Assembly: GCF_003324675.1 (NCBI RefSeq)
Contig: NZ_CP030918.1
Coordinates: 2,940,001-2,972,000, forward strand
Length of the DNA stretch: 32,000 nucleotides
From: Paracoccus suum
Lineage (GTDB): Bacteria > Pseudomonadota > Alphaproteobacteria > Rhodobacterales > Rhodobacteraceae
Reading direction: 5' to 3'
Below the pieces are notes generated by a model that was not told the DNA's origin, searched no databases, and saw nothing but the letters and a program-made list of their open reading frames with translations. The translations under genes and the position numbers were made by a program. Below, piece by piece: positions 17,003-25,924 of this stretch; position 1 is the first letter of the stretch; each line of letters opens with the position of its first letter.

Positions 17003-19195
17003 GTGGCTCACAACAACACCAACGCGCCGGCGCCGCTACTGCTGACCCCGACCCCCCGGGAAAAGCTGGAGGGGGGGCGGCGCTTTGTCATGCACAGCGA
17101 ATTCTCGCCCGCCGGCGACCAGCCGACCGCCATCGCCGAGATCGCGGGCGGCGTTCGCAATGGCGAGCGCGACCAGGTGCTGCTGGGCGCGACCGGCACA
17201 GGCAAGACCTATACCATGGCCAAGGTGATCGAGGAGACCCAGCGCCCGGCCATCATCCTCGCGCCGAACAAGACCCTCGCCGCCCAGTTATATGGCGAGT
17301 TCAAGGGCTTCTTCCCCGAGAACGCTGTCGAATATTTCGTCAGCTACTACGACTACTACCAGCCCGAGGCTTATGTCCCGCGGTCGGATACCTATATCGA
17401 GAAGGAATCGCAAATCAACGAGGCCATCGACCGGATGCGCCATAGCGCCACGCGCGCGCTGCTGGAGCGCGACGACGTGATCATCGTCGCCTCGGTCAGC
17501 TGCATCTACGGCATCGGCAGCGTTGAGACCTATTCCGCGATGACCCAGGACATGGTCGTCGGCCAGTCCTACGATCAGCGCGACTTCATCCGCGAGCTTG
17601 TGGCCCAGCAATACAAGCGGCTGGACCAAGCGTTCATCCGCGGTGCCTTCCGCGTCAAGGGAGACGTGGTTGAGGTCTGGCCCGCGCACCTCGAGGACCG
17701 CGCATGGCGCTTCAGCTTCTTTGGCAACGAGCTTGAAGCGATTACAGAATTCGATCCGCTGACTGGCGCAAAGTCGGGCGAATACAAGCAGATCAGGATA
17801 TACGCCAACAGCCACTACGTGACGCCGCGCCCGACGCTGAACCAGGCCAGCAAGGGCATCCGCGAGGAACTGCGTTTGCGCCTCAAGCAACTCGAGGACG
17901 AGGGCAAGCTGCTAGAGGCCCAGCGGCTGGAGCAGCGGACCAACTTTGACCTCGAGATGCTCGAGGCGACGGGCGTGTGCAACGGGATCGAGAACTACAG
18001 CCGCTACCTGACCGGCCGCGCGCCGGGAGAGCCGCCCCCGACCCTGTTTGAGTTCATCCCCGACAACGCCATCGTTTTTGCCGACGAAAGCCATGTCAGC
18101 GTGCCGCAGATAGGAGCGATGTATCGGGGCGACTTTCGGCGCAAGTTCACGCTGGCCGAGCACGGCTTTCGCCTGCCGTCCTGCATGGACAACCGTCCCC
18201 TCAAGTTCGAGGAATGGGACGCGATGCGGCCGCAATCGGTGTTCGTCAGCGCCACCCCGTCGCAGTGGGAAATGGACCAGGCGGGTGGGGTATTTGCTGA
18301 GCAGGTGATCCGCCCGACCGGCCTGCTGGACCCAGTGATCGAGATCCGACCGGTGGAGACGCAGGTCGATGACCTGCTGGACGAGGTGCGCCGCGTCAGC
18401 AAGGCCGGCTATCGCACCTTGGTCACGACGCTGACCAAGCGCATGGCTGAGGACCTGACGGAATACCTGCACGAACAGGGTATCCGCGTCCGCTACATGC
18501 ACAGCGATATCGACACGATCGAGCGGATCGAGATCCTGCGCGACCTGCGCCTCGGGGCCTATGATGTTCTGGTCGGTATCAACTTGCTGCGCGAAGGCCT
18601 TGATATTCCTGAGTGCGGGTTGGTCGCGATCCTTGACGCGGACAAGGAAGGCTTCCTGCGGTCAGAAACCTCGCTGATCCAGACCATTGGCCGGGCGGCG
18701 CGGAATGTCGATGGCCGGGTGATCCTCTACGCCGACCGGATCACCGGCAGCATGGAGCGCGCCATGGCCGAGACCGAGCGGCGACGCGCCAAGCAGCACG
18801 CCTACAACCTTGCCCATGGGATCACCCCGCAGACCGTGCGCAAGAACGTCGAGGATGTGCTGGCGGGCCTCTGGCAGGGCGATACCGACCAGTCGCGCGT
18901 CACTACGCGCATCGACAAGCCGCTGGTCGGCGCCAATCTGCAGGCCCATCTGGACGCGATCCGCGTGCAGATGCGCAAGGCGGCCGAGAACCTGGAGTTC
19001 GAGGAGGCCGCGCGCCTGCGCGACGAGGTGAAGCGACTGGAAGCGGTCGAGCTGGCCATCGCCGACGATCCGCTGGCGCGCCAGCAGGCGGTGGCCGAGG
19101 CGGCCGAGGCCGCGGTCAAGTCGTCCGGACGCAGCACCGCCGGCCGGGCCGGTCAGCGCGGGGGCAACAAGCGCAGCCGCCGCCGCAGCGGCTAG
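17003..19195 (+). CDS. uvrB: Excinuclease ABC subunit B
   Basis: [26 protein letters not shown], Walker [20 protein letters not shown], the helicase motifs, and the C-terminal UVR domain ([16 protein letters not shown]). GTG 17003, with AAGGGGA upstream, was chosen because the conserved N-terminus precedes the first ATG. The ORF-track start 16778 overlaps sodC and is rejected. Confidence 0.95.
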   Translation: MAHNNTNAPAPLLLTPTPREKLEGGRRFVMHSEFSPAGDQPTAIAEIAGGVRNGERDQVLLGATGTGKTYTMAKVIEETQRPAIILAPNKTLAAQLYGEFKGFFPENAVEYFVSYYDYYQPEAYVPRSDTYIEKESQINEAIDRMRHSATRALLERDDVIIVASVSCIYGIGSVETYSAMTQDMVVGQSYDQRDFIRELVAQQYKRLDQAFIRGAFRVKGDVVEVWPAHLEDRAWRFSFFGNELEAITEFDPLTGAKSGEYKQIRIYANSHYVTPRPTLNQASKGIREELRLRLKQLEDEGKLLEAQRLEQRTNFDLEMLEATGVCNGIENYSRYLTGRAPGEPPPTLFEFIPDNAIVFADESHVSVPQIGAMYRGDFRRKFTLAEHGFRLPSCMDNRPLKFEEWDAMRPQSVFVSATPSQWEMDQAGGVFAEQVIRPTGLLDPVIEIRPVETQVDDLLDEVRRVSKAGYRTLVTTLTKRMAEDLTEYLHEQGIRVRYMHSDIDTIERIEILRDLRLGAYDVLVGINLLREGLDIPECGLVAILDADKEGFLRSETSLIQTIGRAARNVDGRVILYADRITGSMERAMAETERRRAKQHAYNLAHGITPQTVRKNVEDVLAGLWQGDTDQSRVTTRIDKPLVGANLQAHLDAIRVQMRKAAENLEFEEAARLRDEVKRLEAVELAIADDPLARQQAVAEAAEAAVKSSGRSTAGRAGQRGGNKRSRRRSG

Positions 19196-19200
19196 GAGGG

Positions 19201-19223
19201 CGCCCCGCCGCGCGGGCGGGGCG
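19201..19223. terminator. Terminator between convergent uvrB and the I78 gene
   Basis: CGCCCCGCC-gcgcg-GGCGGGGCG (9-bp stem), followed by GTTCTTTC on the plus strand. It begins 6 nt after the uvrB stop. Confidence 0.65.
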
Positions 19224-19234
19224 GTTCTTTCAGC

Positions 19235-19630
19235 TTATCCGCAGGTGACTGCAACCAGCTTGCCGGCGCGGTCGAACTCGAAGTTCATGCGGTCTAGCCG
19301 CAGGTCCCGGGTCAGCGGATCGCCGGTGCGGAAATGGCGGACGGCGGTGCCAGCCGGGACCGTGATCTGCGGGGATTTCTGCCCAACATACTGCTGGAAC
19401 GCGTTCGCGCCGCAGGTGTCCTCTTTCGCGGCGCCCGGCTCGGCGCCCGGCGGGACCACGACCGGCGCGCCCGGCTTGGGCTGGGCCTCCGGCGCTGGGA
19501 TGGTCGTCTCGCCCGGGGCGACAACTACGGGATCGCCCGGGTTGGCGCTGCTGCTGCCGTCCGTGTCGTCCATGGTGCAAGCTGCCGCAAGCAAGATTGC
19601 CGCGAGGGCGGCGGGGCGGGCAAAGTTCAT
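19235..19630 (-). CDS. Lipoprotein with a peptidase-inhibitor I78-family domain
   Basis: A signal peptide with a lipobox-like ILLAAAC is followed by a Pro/Gly-rich linker. The C-terminal pattern CGANAFQQYVGQ...RHFRTGDPLTRDLRLDRMNFEFDRAGKLVAVTCG matches the I78 family signature (C.A..Q.lvGq....R.i.PGd..T.D.r.dRLn...D..g.i....CG). Confidence 0.7.
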   Translation of the reverse strand: MNFARPAALAAILLAAACTMDDTDGSSSANPGDPVVVAPGETTIPAPEAQPKPGAPVVVPPGAEPGAAKEDTCGANAFQQYVGQKSPQITVPAGTAVRHFRTGDPLTRDLRLDRMNFEFDRAGKLVAVTCG

Positions 19631-19850
19631 TCGTAAAGTCTCCTGCGTGAAAATCTTTTCCTCGCCGTAGCTTAGCGGCGTCGGACGCGAGCGAAAGCGC
19701 TGCTGCGGCCTGCATCAGGACGGCGGCAATGGACCGCCCATCGACCCTTTATCAATCGGCAAGCCGCTGCCGCCACCCTTCACGCAAAGCTGCGTTGCGC
19801 GGCCTCGGTCTGGGGTGCAGCCTGCGCCTGTACCCATCATGGAGGCTCAC

Positions 19851-20306
19851 ATGCGCCTGTTTCCCGTCCTCGCCAGTCTAACCGCCGCATTGGCTAGCCC
19901 CGTGCTCGCATCCTCCGACAAGGCTTGGGAGGAATTTCGCGTCGAGGTCGAAACCGGCTGCAAGGCTCTCGCCGAGGTCCCCGAAGGCGGCAAGCTGCTG
20001 ATCGAGGTCAGTCCGCAAGGCTCGGAAAGCTATGGCGCCGCGCTGGTCACTGTAGGGCTGAAAGACGGCGGTGCGGACCGAATGGTCTGCATCATGGACA
20101 AAAAGACACGCAAATTCGAACTCGCCGCCGCCTTCCTGCAGACAGAAGGAGAAGGCAAGGCCGGGGGCGGAATGGGCAAGGCGGAGGTCAAGGGGCCGAC
20201 GGCGGCTGACAAGCCCGCCGCCGATGCACCGGCGGCGGTCCCGATCGAAGCACCGGCGGCACCGGCTGCCGGTGATCCGCCGCCGCCCGAAAAGCCGGCC
20301 GGCTGA
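19851..20306 (+). CDS. Secreted hypothetical protein with a Pro/Ala-rich C-terminal tail
   Basis: ATG 19851 has GGAGG 6 nt upstream. The signal peptide is MRLFPVLASLTAALASPVLA. A ~90-aa globular part has two Cys, followed by a PA-rich tail. I recognise no family. Confidence 0.5.
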   Translation: MRLFPVLASLTAALASPVLASSDKAWEEFRVEVETGCKALAEVPEGGKLLIEVSPQGSESYGAALVTVGLKDGGADRMVCIMDKKTRKFELAAAFLQTEGEGKAGGGMGKAEVKGPTAADKPAADAPAAVPIEAPAAPAAGDPPPPEKPAG

Positions 20307-20312
20307 TCGGCC

Positions 20313-21329
20313 TCAGTTCGCAGGGGCCGGCGCGGTCGAAGCCGCCGCCGGGGCGCTGGCGGCATCTGCCGCCGGCGCTGCTGCCGGAAAGGTAGCGGCA
20401 TCAGTCGCTGCCGCGTCTGCCGGCACGCCGCCGGCTGGCGCTGCGGCGTCGGCGGACTTGCCGCCGGCGACAGTCAGTCCCAGCAGGCGCCATTCCAGCA
20501 CACCGCCGCGGTAATAGTGGATCTTTTCGGGCGGATAGCCTGCACCGATCATGGCGCGGATGGCAGTCGGTGACTGGCCGCACCAGGCGCCGTTGCAGAA
20601 CATGATGACGTTATGCGCGCTGCTGCAGTCGAACTTGCCGTCGAAATCCGGCTCGCAGCCCAGTTCGGCCAGACGCTCGACTGCCTGAGTGTAGGGAATG
20701 TTGATTGCGCCGGGAATGGTGCCGCCGGCATACCAGTCGGGCGTGCGGCCATCGACCAGGGTGGTCTCGCCGGCCTTCATCGCCTCGATCAACTCCAACT
20801 CGCCGATGGTGGCGACGCCGGGCGCGGGTGAGATCGGCTGGATGCAGAACGGCGGGCAGTCGTGGCCGGTCAGAGCCCAGTCGCCCTCCAGTTTCGCGCC
20901 CTCCGTCTGGTCGCGCGAGATCGTCACCTCCTCGCCCTGCGGCGTGGTGTAGGTGGCCTCGGCCATCTTGGCGGTGATGCCGACCCGAACGGCGGCCGCA
21001 GCAGAGGCTGCATCACCGGCGGTGGCAGGCGCCGAGGTGGCCGCTGCATCCGCAGCAGCCGGAGCACTCGCGGCAGGGGCCGGAGCAGCAGGATCGACGG
21101 GGGGAGTCGCTACATCACCCGGCACTGCAGCCGGAGCCTGTGAATCATTCGCGGCAGCGGGCGCGGCCGGGACCGCTGCATCACCCGCGGCCGCGCCAGT
21201 CGCTGCGGGTGCGGCCGTTTCAGGCGCAGGCGCGGCCGGGGCGGTCTGGGCCAAAGCCGGCCCGGCGGCCAACATCGTCGCCGCAAACGCCGCGGCGGCG
21301 CCAAGACTGGCAATAGGTTGCAGTGTCAT
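20313..21329 (-). CDS. Exported rhodanese-domain sulfurtransferase-like protein flanked by Ala/Pro-rich segments
   Basis: A signal peptide (..MLAAGPALA) is followed by an ~87-aa PA-rich spacer. The core has CPPFC and rhodanese features (TLVDGRTPDWYAGGTIPGAINIP, the active-site loop FCNGAWCGQS, YYRGGVLEW), and a ~50-aa PA-rich tail follows. ATG 21329 with GGAGGAG upstream (the ORF-track start 21398 was trimmed). Confidence 0.8.
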   Translation of the reverse strand: MTLQPIASLGAAAAFAATMLAAGPALAQTAPAAPAPETAAPAATGAAAGDAAVPAAPAAANDSQAPAAVPGDVATPPVDPAAPAPAASAPAAADAAATSAPATAGDAASAAAAVRVGITAKMAEATYTTPQGEEVTISRDQTEGAKLEGDWALTGHDCPPFCIQPISPAPGVATIGELELIEAMKAGETTLVDGRTPDWYAGGTIPGAINIPYTQAVERLAELGCEPDFDGKFDCSSAHNVIMFCNGAWCGQSPTAIRAMIGAGYPPEKIHYYRGGVLEWRLLGLTVAGGKSADAAAPAGGVPADAAATDAATFPAAAPAADAASAPAAASTAPAPAN

Positions 21330-21384
21330 CACATCACTCCTCCGTTCAGGGCCAAGGGTTGGCGCGACAGAAAGTTCCGTCCGC

Positions 21385-21723
21385 TCAGGTATTTGCACCG
21401 GGCGAGGCGACCACGCTGGCGACCTCGTACATCACCGGCTCGAACCCGCGCACCAATCCGTGGATCGCGCGGTTGCGCTGGCGCATCTCGCCCGTGCGCA
21501 GCATGGCCTGATAATCCGACCGCGCGCCCCATTGCGAATAGGTGCAGATCCGGGTCTGGGCATCGTTCAGATGAATCGCGCCCGAGATATAGCCGGGCTG
21601 GTGGCTGATGACCTCGGCATAGGCGGCCTGCAGCAGGTCCAGCACATCATGGGCGCTGCCGGGCGTCACCTCGAAGGTGCAGATGACGGTCTGCCCGTCA
21701 AAGTCCTGGCGGATCTGCGGCAT
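21385..21723 (-). CDS. ABM-fold (antibiotic biosynthesis monooxygenase-like) small protein
   Basis: The 112-aa product has a ferredoxin-like ABM pattern (VICTFEVTPG..., GYISGAIHLN..., ICTYSQWGARSDYQAM). AAGGGGAGAG lies upstream of ATG 21723, which is 36 nt downstream of the dctM stop. Confidence 0.7.
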   Translation of the reverse strand: MPQIRQDFDGQTVICTFEVTPGSAHDVLDLLQAAYAEVISHQPGYISGAIHLNDAQTRICTYSQWGARSDYQAMLRTGEMRQRNRAIHGLVRGFEPVMYEVASVVASPGANT

Positions 21724-21759
21724 GGCTCTCCCCTTCGCTGTCGCAGGTGTGGGGCCAGC

Positions 21760-23079
21760 CTAGCGCGCCCCGCCGGTTGCGAAAAGCGCGATCCCCGGCA
21801 CCCCGGCGATCAGCGCGACGCGCAGGATGTCCGCGGTCACGAACCATGCCGCGCGGCGCCAGGTCTGCGCGGCAGGGGTCTCGGGCGAGAGGGCCGAGAT
21901 GACGAACAGGTTCATCCCGACCGGCGGGGTGATCAAGCCGACCTCGACCACGATCAGCACGAGGATGCCGAACCAGATCGCCTGCGCCTCGGATGTCATT
22001 CCGAAGTCGAGGCCCATCACCAGCGGAAAAACGATCGGGATGGTGAGCAGGATCATCGACAGGCTGTCCATGAGGCAGCCGAGCAGCAGGTAGCCCAGCA
22101 AGATCAGCGCCAGGATGCCGTAGGGCGGCATGCCCAGCGCCGCGACCATGCCCGACAGGCCCTGCGGCACCTGCGCGAAAGCCAGAAACCCGTTATAGAG
22201 CGCGGCGCCGAGCACGATGAAGAACACCATGGCCGTGCCCTCGGCCGTCGCCAGCAGCGCGCGCGAAAGACCCGCCCGGTCCAGCCGGCCTGCGGCGAGG
22301 GCAGCGAGCCCGGTCCCGGCCGCGCCCACCGCAGCGCCCTCGGTCGGCGTGAACCAGCCCCCATAAAGTCCGCCAACGACCAGCCCGAACACCGCCAGGA
22401 CCGGCCACACACCGCCCAGCGCCTGCCAGCGCGCGCCCCAGGGAACGCGCGGGGCGGTGCCCGCCTCGCCGGGGTGGCGGACCAGGTAGAGGCGGATGAC
22501 CAACGCATAGCTGAACGCAGCCAGCAGCCCCGGCAGCATGGCTGCCGCGAACAGCCGGGCGATGTTCTGCTCGGTCAATGCCGCATAGATCACCAGCACC
22601 ACCGAGGGCGGGATCAGGATGCCGAGGGTTCCGCCCGCCGCGAGGGTTGCGGTGGCGAGGCCCCCGGACCAGCCGGCACGCTTCAGCTCTGGCAGGGCGA
22701 CCTGGCCCATGGTGGCGGCGGTCGCGAGCGAACTGCCGCAGATCGCACCAAAGCCGGCGCAGGCACCGATCGCGGCCATCCCCAGCCCGCCGCGACGATG
22801 GCCGAGGAACGCCTGCGCCGCGCCGAACAGCCGCCCGCTGAGGCCGCCTTGCGTGGCGAACTGACCCATCAGCAGGAACATCGGGACGACCGACAGGCTG
22901 TAGTTCGAGAACGCGGCCCAGACCTCGGTTTTCAGCTTGGCCAGCGGCAGCGTGGGGCCGCCCAGCAACGCGAGGCCGCCGCCCCCGACCACCAGCATCG
23001 CAAGGCCGATCGGCAGGCGCAGAAAGATCAGCGCCATCAACAGGGGGAACGACCAGAGGCCGAGGACCATGTCGCTCAT
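21760..23079 (-). CDS. dctM: TRAP transporter large permease (DctM family)
   Basis: The polytopic 439-aa product has DctM hallmarks (SVVPMFLLMGQF, GSSLATAATMGQVALPEL, GTLGILIPPSVVLVIY, CLMDSLSMILLTIPIVFP). ATG 23079 overlaps the dctQ stop (ATGA). The ORF-track start 23358 was trimmed. Confidence 0.9.
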   Translation of the reverse strand: MSDMVLGLWSFPLLMALIFLRLPIGLAMLVVGGGGLALLGGPTLPLAKLKTEVWAAFSNYSLSVVPMFLLMGQFATQGGLSGRLFGAAQAFLGHRRGGLGMAAIGACAGFGAICGSSLATAATMGQVALPELKRAGWSGGLATATLAAGGTLGILIPPSVVLVIYAALTEQNIARLFAAAMLPGLLAAFSYALVIRLYLVRHPGEAGTAPRVPWGARWQALGGVWPVLAVFGLVVGGLYGGWFTPTEGAAVGAAGTGLAALAAGRLDRAGLSRALLATAEGTAMVFFIVLGAALYNGFLAFAQVPQGLSGMVAALGMPPYGILALILLGYLLLGCLMDSLSMILLTIPIVFPLVMGLDFGMTSEAQAIWFGILVLIVVEVGLITPPVGMNLFVISALSPETPAAQTWRRAAWFVTADILRVALIAGVPGIALFATGGAR

Positions 23080-23648
23080 CCTCGCCGGTCCCCGGTGGCG
23101 CGGCCGATCGCGCAGGCCAGCGCAGCGAGGCTGGCAAGACCGAGGCCCGGCAGCACCCCCGCATAGCCCCACCAGAGGGGAATGCCGCGCAGAAAGCTGG
23201 ACTCGCCCGAGGCCAGTTTCTGCATCATGCCGGCCCCGACCCGCCAGGCGAGCAGCGCCATCGCGGCCGCCATCAGCAGATCCCAAAGCATGTCGAGCCA
23301 GGCCGGCAACCTGCGGCCGAACAGATCGACCCGGGCGTGCCCGCGCGCGATCTGGCACCAGGGCAGGAAACAGGCGACGGCGATGGCCGTGCCCATCTCC
23401 ACCAGCTCATAATCGCCGCGAATCGGCCGCAGCCCGGCCAGCCAGCCGAGTTGCGGCCATTGCCCTGACAGCCATAGCTCGATCCGGCCAGCGATGGTGG
23501 CGCAGGTCATGGCGATCAGCGCCAGCAGCACCGCGCCGCCTGCAAGGGCGGCCGCACGGGCGAGTTGGGTTGCGAAAGCAAGGGGTCTGGACAAGGCAGC
23601 CTCGTTCCTGGCCCCGGCGGTATGGCGCGGCCGGGCGCTGGACGGCAA
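23076..23648 (-). CDS. dctQ: TRAP transporter small permease (DctQ family)
   Basis: A four-TM small subunit lying between the dctP and dctM genes. The ORF-track start 23648 is a TTG. In-frame TTG 23594, preceded by AGGAACGAGG, is a better candidate and gives 172 aa. Confidence 0.8.
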   Translation of the reverse strand: MPSSARPRHTAGARNEAALSRPLAFATQLARAAALAGGAVLLALIAMTCATIAGRIELWLSGQWPQLGWLAGLRPIRGDYELVEMGTAIAVACFLPWCQIARGHARVDLFGRRLPAWLDMLWDLLMAAAMALLAWRVGAGMMQKLASGESSFLRGIPLWWGYAGVLPGLGLASLAALACAIGRATGDRRG

Positions 23649-23672
23649 GTCCTGCCGCAGCGCGGGCGGCCC

Positions 23673-24698
23673 CTACTCCGTGGCGGCCGCGTCGATGGCG
23701 GCGCGCGCCTCGGCGACGGCGGCGGCCCCGTCAAAGCCGCGCGCTGCGGCCGACCAGTCGGCAATCACGCCTTCGCCCGCCTCGACCCAGCGCGCGGCCT
23801 CGGCCGGGTCCAGCACGGTGACCACCGCGCCAGCGGCGATCGCGGCCTCGCGCTGCGGGGCGTCGGCATCCTGCTGCGCCTTGGCGGCGGCCACGCTGAA
23901 CGCCTCGCCCGAGGCTGCATCAATCACCGCGCGCAGGTCGGGCGGCAGCGCTTGATAGCGGGCGTCGTTCATCGCCAGCATCAGTACGGCAGTGTAGACC
24001 GCGCGGTCGGGAAACTCGGTGTGGTTCTTGACCACTTCGCTGACGCGGATGCTGCTGGTGACCTCCCACGGCAGCAAGGCGCCCTCGATCACGCCCTTGG
24101 ACAATGCCTCCATGATCTGCGGCGCGGGCAGACCGACCGGAGCCGCGCGCAGCCGCTCAAGCAACATCGAGGCCGCCCGCGACGGTGCCCGCAGGCTGAG
24201 GCCGCGCATGTCCTCCAACTTTGTCACGGGCCGGGCAGAGTGGATCACGCCCGGGCCATGGACCCAAATGCCGAGCAGATGCACGGGTTTGAACTCGTCC
24301 CAGCCCTGCGCCATGCGCCACAGTGCGCGGCTGGTGGGCACGGCGTCGCGCGACATGAACGGCAGCTCCACCACCTCGGCGCGCGGAAAGCGGCCGGGGG
24401 TGTAGCCGGCCAGCGTCCAGACCACGTCGACCTGTCCGTCGATGGCCTGGTCGATCAGGTCCGACGGCTTGCCGCCCAGCACCATCGAGGGATAGCGCTC
24501 GACCTTGATGCGCCCGCCGCTCTCGGCCTCGATCCGGTCCGCCCAAGGGGTTAGGATATGCGCCGGCACAAAGCTGTTTTCCGGCAGGAACTGGTGCAGC
24601 TTCAGCGTCACCTCCTGCGCGGCGGCCGGGATTGCGGTCAGCGCGGCGATCAGCGCGATGGCGGCGAGCCGGGCGCGATGGGTCAGGGACGAATGCAT
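23673..24698 (-). CDS. dctP: TRAP transporter periplasmic solute-binding protein (DctP family)
   Basis: A signal peptide (..LTAIPAAAQ) is followed by VTLKLHQFLP..., DVVWTLAGYTPGRFP, and the conserved carboxylate-binding Arg context GLSLRAPS. The start was trimmed to ATG 24698. Confidence 0.88.
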   Translation of the reverse strand: MHSSLTHRARLAAIALIAALTAIPAAAQEVTLKLHQFLPENSFVPAHILTPWADRIEAESGGRIKVERYPSMVLGGKPSDLIDQAIDGQVDVVWTLAGYTPGRFPRAEVVELPFMSRDAVPTSRALWRMAQGWDEFKPVHLLGIWVHGPGVIHSARPVTKLEDMRGLSLRAPSRAASMLLERLRAAPVGLPAPQIMEALSKGVIEGALLPWEVTSSIRVSEVVKNHTEFPDRAVYTAVLMLAMNDARYQALPPDLRAVIDAASGEAFSVAAAKAQQDADAPQREAAIAAGAVVTVLDPAEAARWVEAGEGVIADWSAAARGFDGAAAVAEARAAIDAAATE

Positions 24699-24786
24699 GG
24701 AAAACCTCGGACAAATGGCCGTGCAGAGCATTGTCGATCCTCGCGCCACAACGCAATGTCCCTGCGCAAATCACGAGGAGACGATC

Positions 24787-25839
24787 ATGATCCCGGTGTT
24801 CGACGGCCATAACGATTTTCTGCAAAGGCTGGTCGAAGCCCCGCCCGAGGGGCGGGACGATTTGTGGCGCAAGGGAAACGGAACGGGCAACCTGGACCTG
24901 GCGCGAATGCAGGCGGGCGGTTTCGCAGGCGGCTTTTTCGCGATCTGGGTACCGATGTCGGCCAATGCGGACGCTGAGGCGCTGACCCATTTCATCCCAG
25001 ATCCGCCCTTCCGGCTGGCCCCCTCGCCCGAAATTGCCCATGACGTCGCTCTGCCCTCGGCCTTTGCCCAGGCAGCGGCGCTGCTGGCGCTGGGACGCAG
25101 CGGGACGCTGGACGTGGTCCGTTCGGCCGCCGACATCCGTGCCGCCATGGCCGCCGGACGGATCGCCGCGATCATGCACATGGAGGGGGCCGAGGCGATT
25201 GCCGACATGGACGCGCTGCATCTGTGGCACGCCGCTGGCCTGCGCTCGCTGGGGCCGGTGTGGTCGCGCCCGACCCGCTATGCCCATGGGGTGCCGTTTG
25301 CCTTCCCCTCCTCGCCCGATACCGGTGACGGGCTGACGGCTGCGGGCGAGGACCTGGTGAGGGAATGCAACGCGCTGCGGATCATGCTCGACCTCAGCCA
25401 CTTAAATGAGAAGGGCGTGGACGACGTCGCCCGCCTGTCGGACGCACCGCTGGTCGCCAGCCATTCCTGCGCGCATGCGATCTCGCCCAGTTCGCGCAAC
25501 CTGACCGACCGGCAGCTGTCGGTGATCGCAGCATCCGGCGGCCTCGTCGGGCTGAACTATGCGGTCAACTTCCTGCGCCCGGACGGCCTGCGTCAGCCTT
25601 TCGCGGGCTTTGACCCGATCCTGCGCCAGCTCGACCATCTGCTCGGCATCCTGGGCGAAAACGGCGTCGCCCTTGGCTCGGATTTCGATGGCGCGCTGAT
25701 GCCCGAGGCGCTGTCGGGCGCGGACGGCCTGCCGCATCTGCTGGAGGCCATGGAGACCCATGGCTATGGCCGTGATCTGATCGAGCGCATCGCCTGGCGG
25801 AACTGGGTTGACGTGCTCGCCCGCACCTGGGGCGGCTGA
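24787..25839 (+). CDS. Peptidase M19 (membrane/renal dipeptidase family)
   Basis: MIPVFDGHNDFLQRL contains the Zn-ligand H-x-D motif. Also present are AIMHMEGAEAI, IMLDLSHLNEKG, PLVASHSCAHA and ALGSDFDG. ATG 24787 with AGGAG 8 nt upstream. The ORF-track start 24505 would overlap dctP. Confidence 0.85.
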   Translation: MIPVFDGHNDFLQRLVEAPPEGRDDLWRKGNGTGNLDLARMQAGGFAGGFFAIWVPMSANADAEALTHFIPDPPFRLAPSPEIAHDVALPSAFAQAAALLALGRSGTLDVVRSAADIRAAMAAGRIAAIMHMEGAEAIADMDALHLWHAAGLRSLGPVWSRPTRYAHGVPFAFPSSPDTGDGLTAAGEDLVRECNALRIMLDLSHLNEKGVDDVARLSDAPLVASHSCAHAISPSSRNLTDRQLSVIAASGGLVGLNYAVNFLRPDGLRQPFAGFDPILRQLDHLLGILGENGVALGSDFDGALMPEALSGADGLPHLLEAMETHGYGRDLIERIAWRNWVDVLARTWGG

Positions 25840-25924
25840 CACTAAAGATTGGCGCGGCTGGCGCGGGACCCTCCGCGCCAGCCGCGCCATTGTGCGAAAC
25901 CGCAGCCGGCGCTATTCCGGTTCG

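Noticed and set aside
20953-23166. A 737-aa plus-strand ORF across the rhodanese, ABM and dctM region
   Set aside because: It is antisense to well-supported minus-strand genes. It has low-complexity Ala/Gly/Arg composition and no start context. It is a GC-bias artefact.
24716-24732. A sigma54-like element TGGCC-gtgcaga-GCATTG in the dctP/dipeptidase intergenic region
   Set aside because: The GG-to-GC spacing is 9 nt rather than the required 10, and the flanking bases deviate from TGGCAC-N5-TTGCW. The cognate activator also lacks GAFTGA. The resemblance is probably fortuitous.
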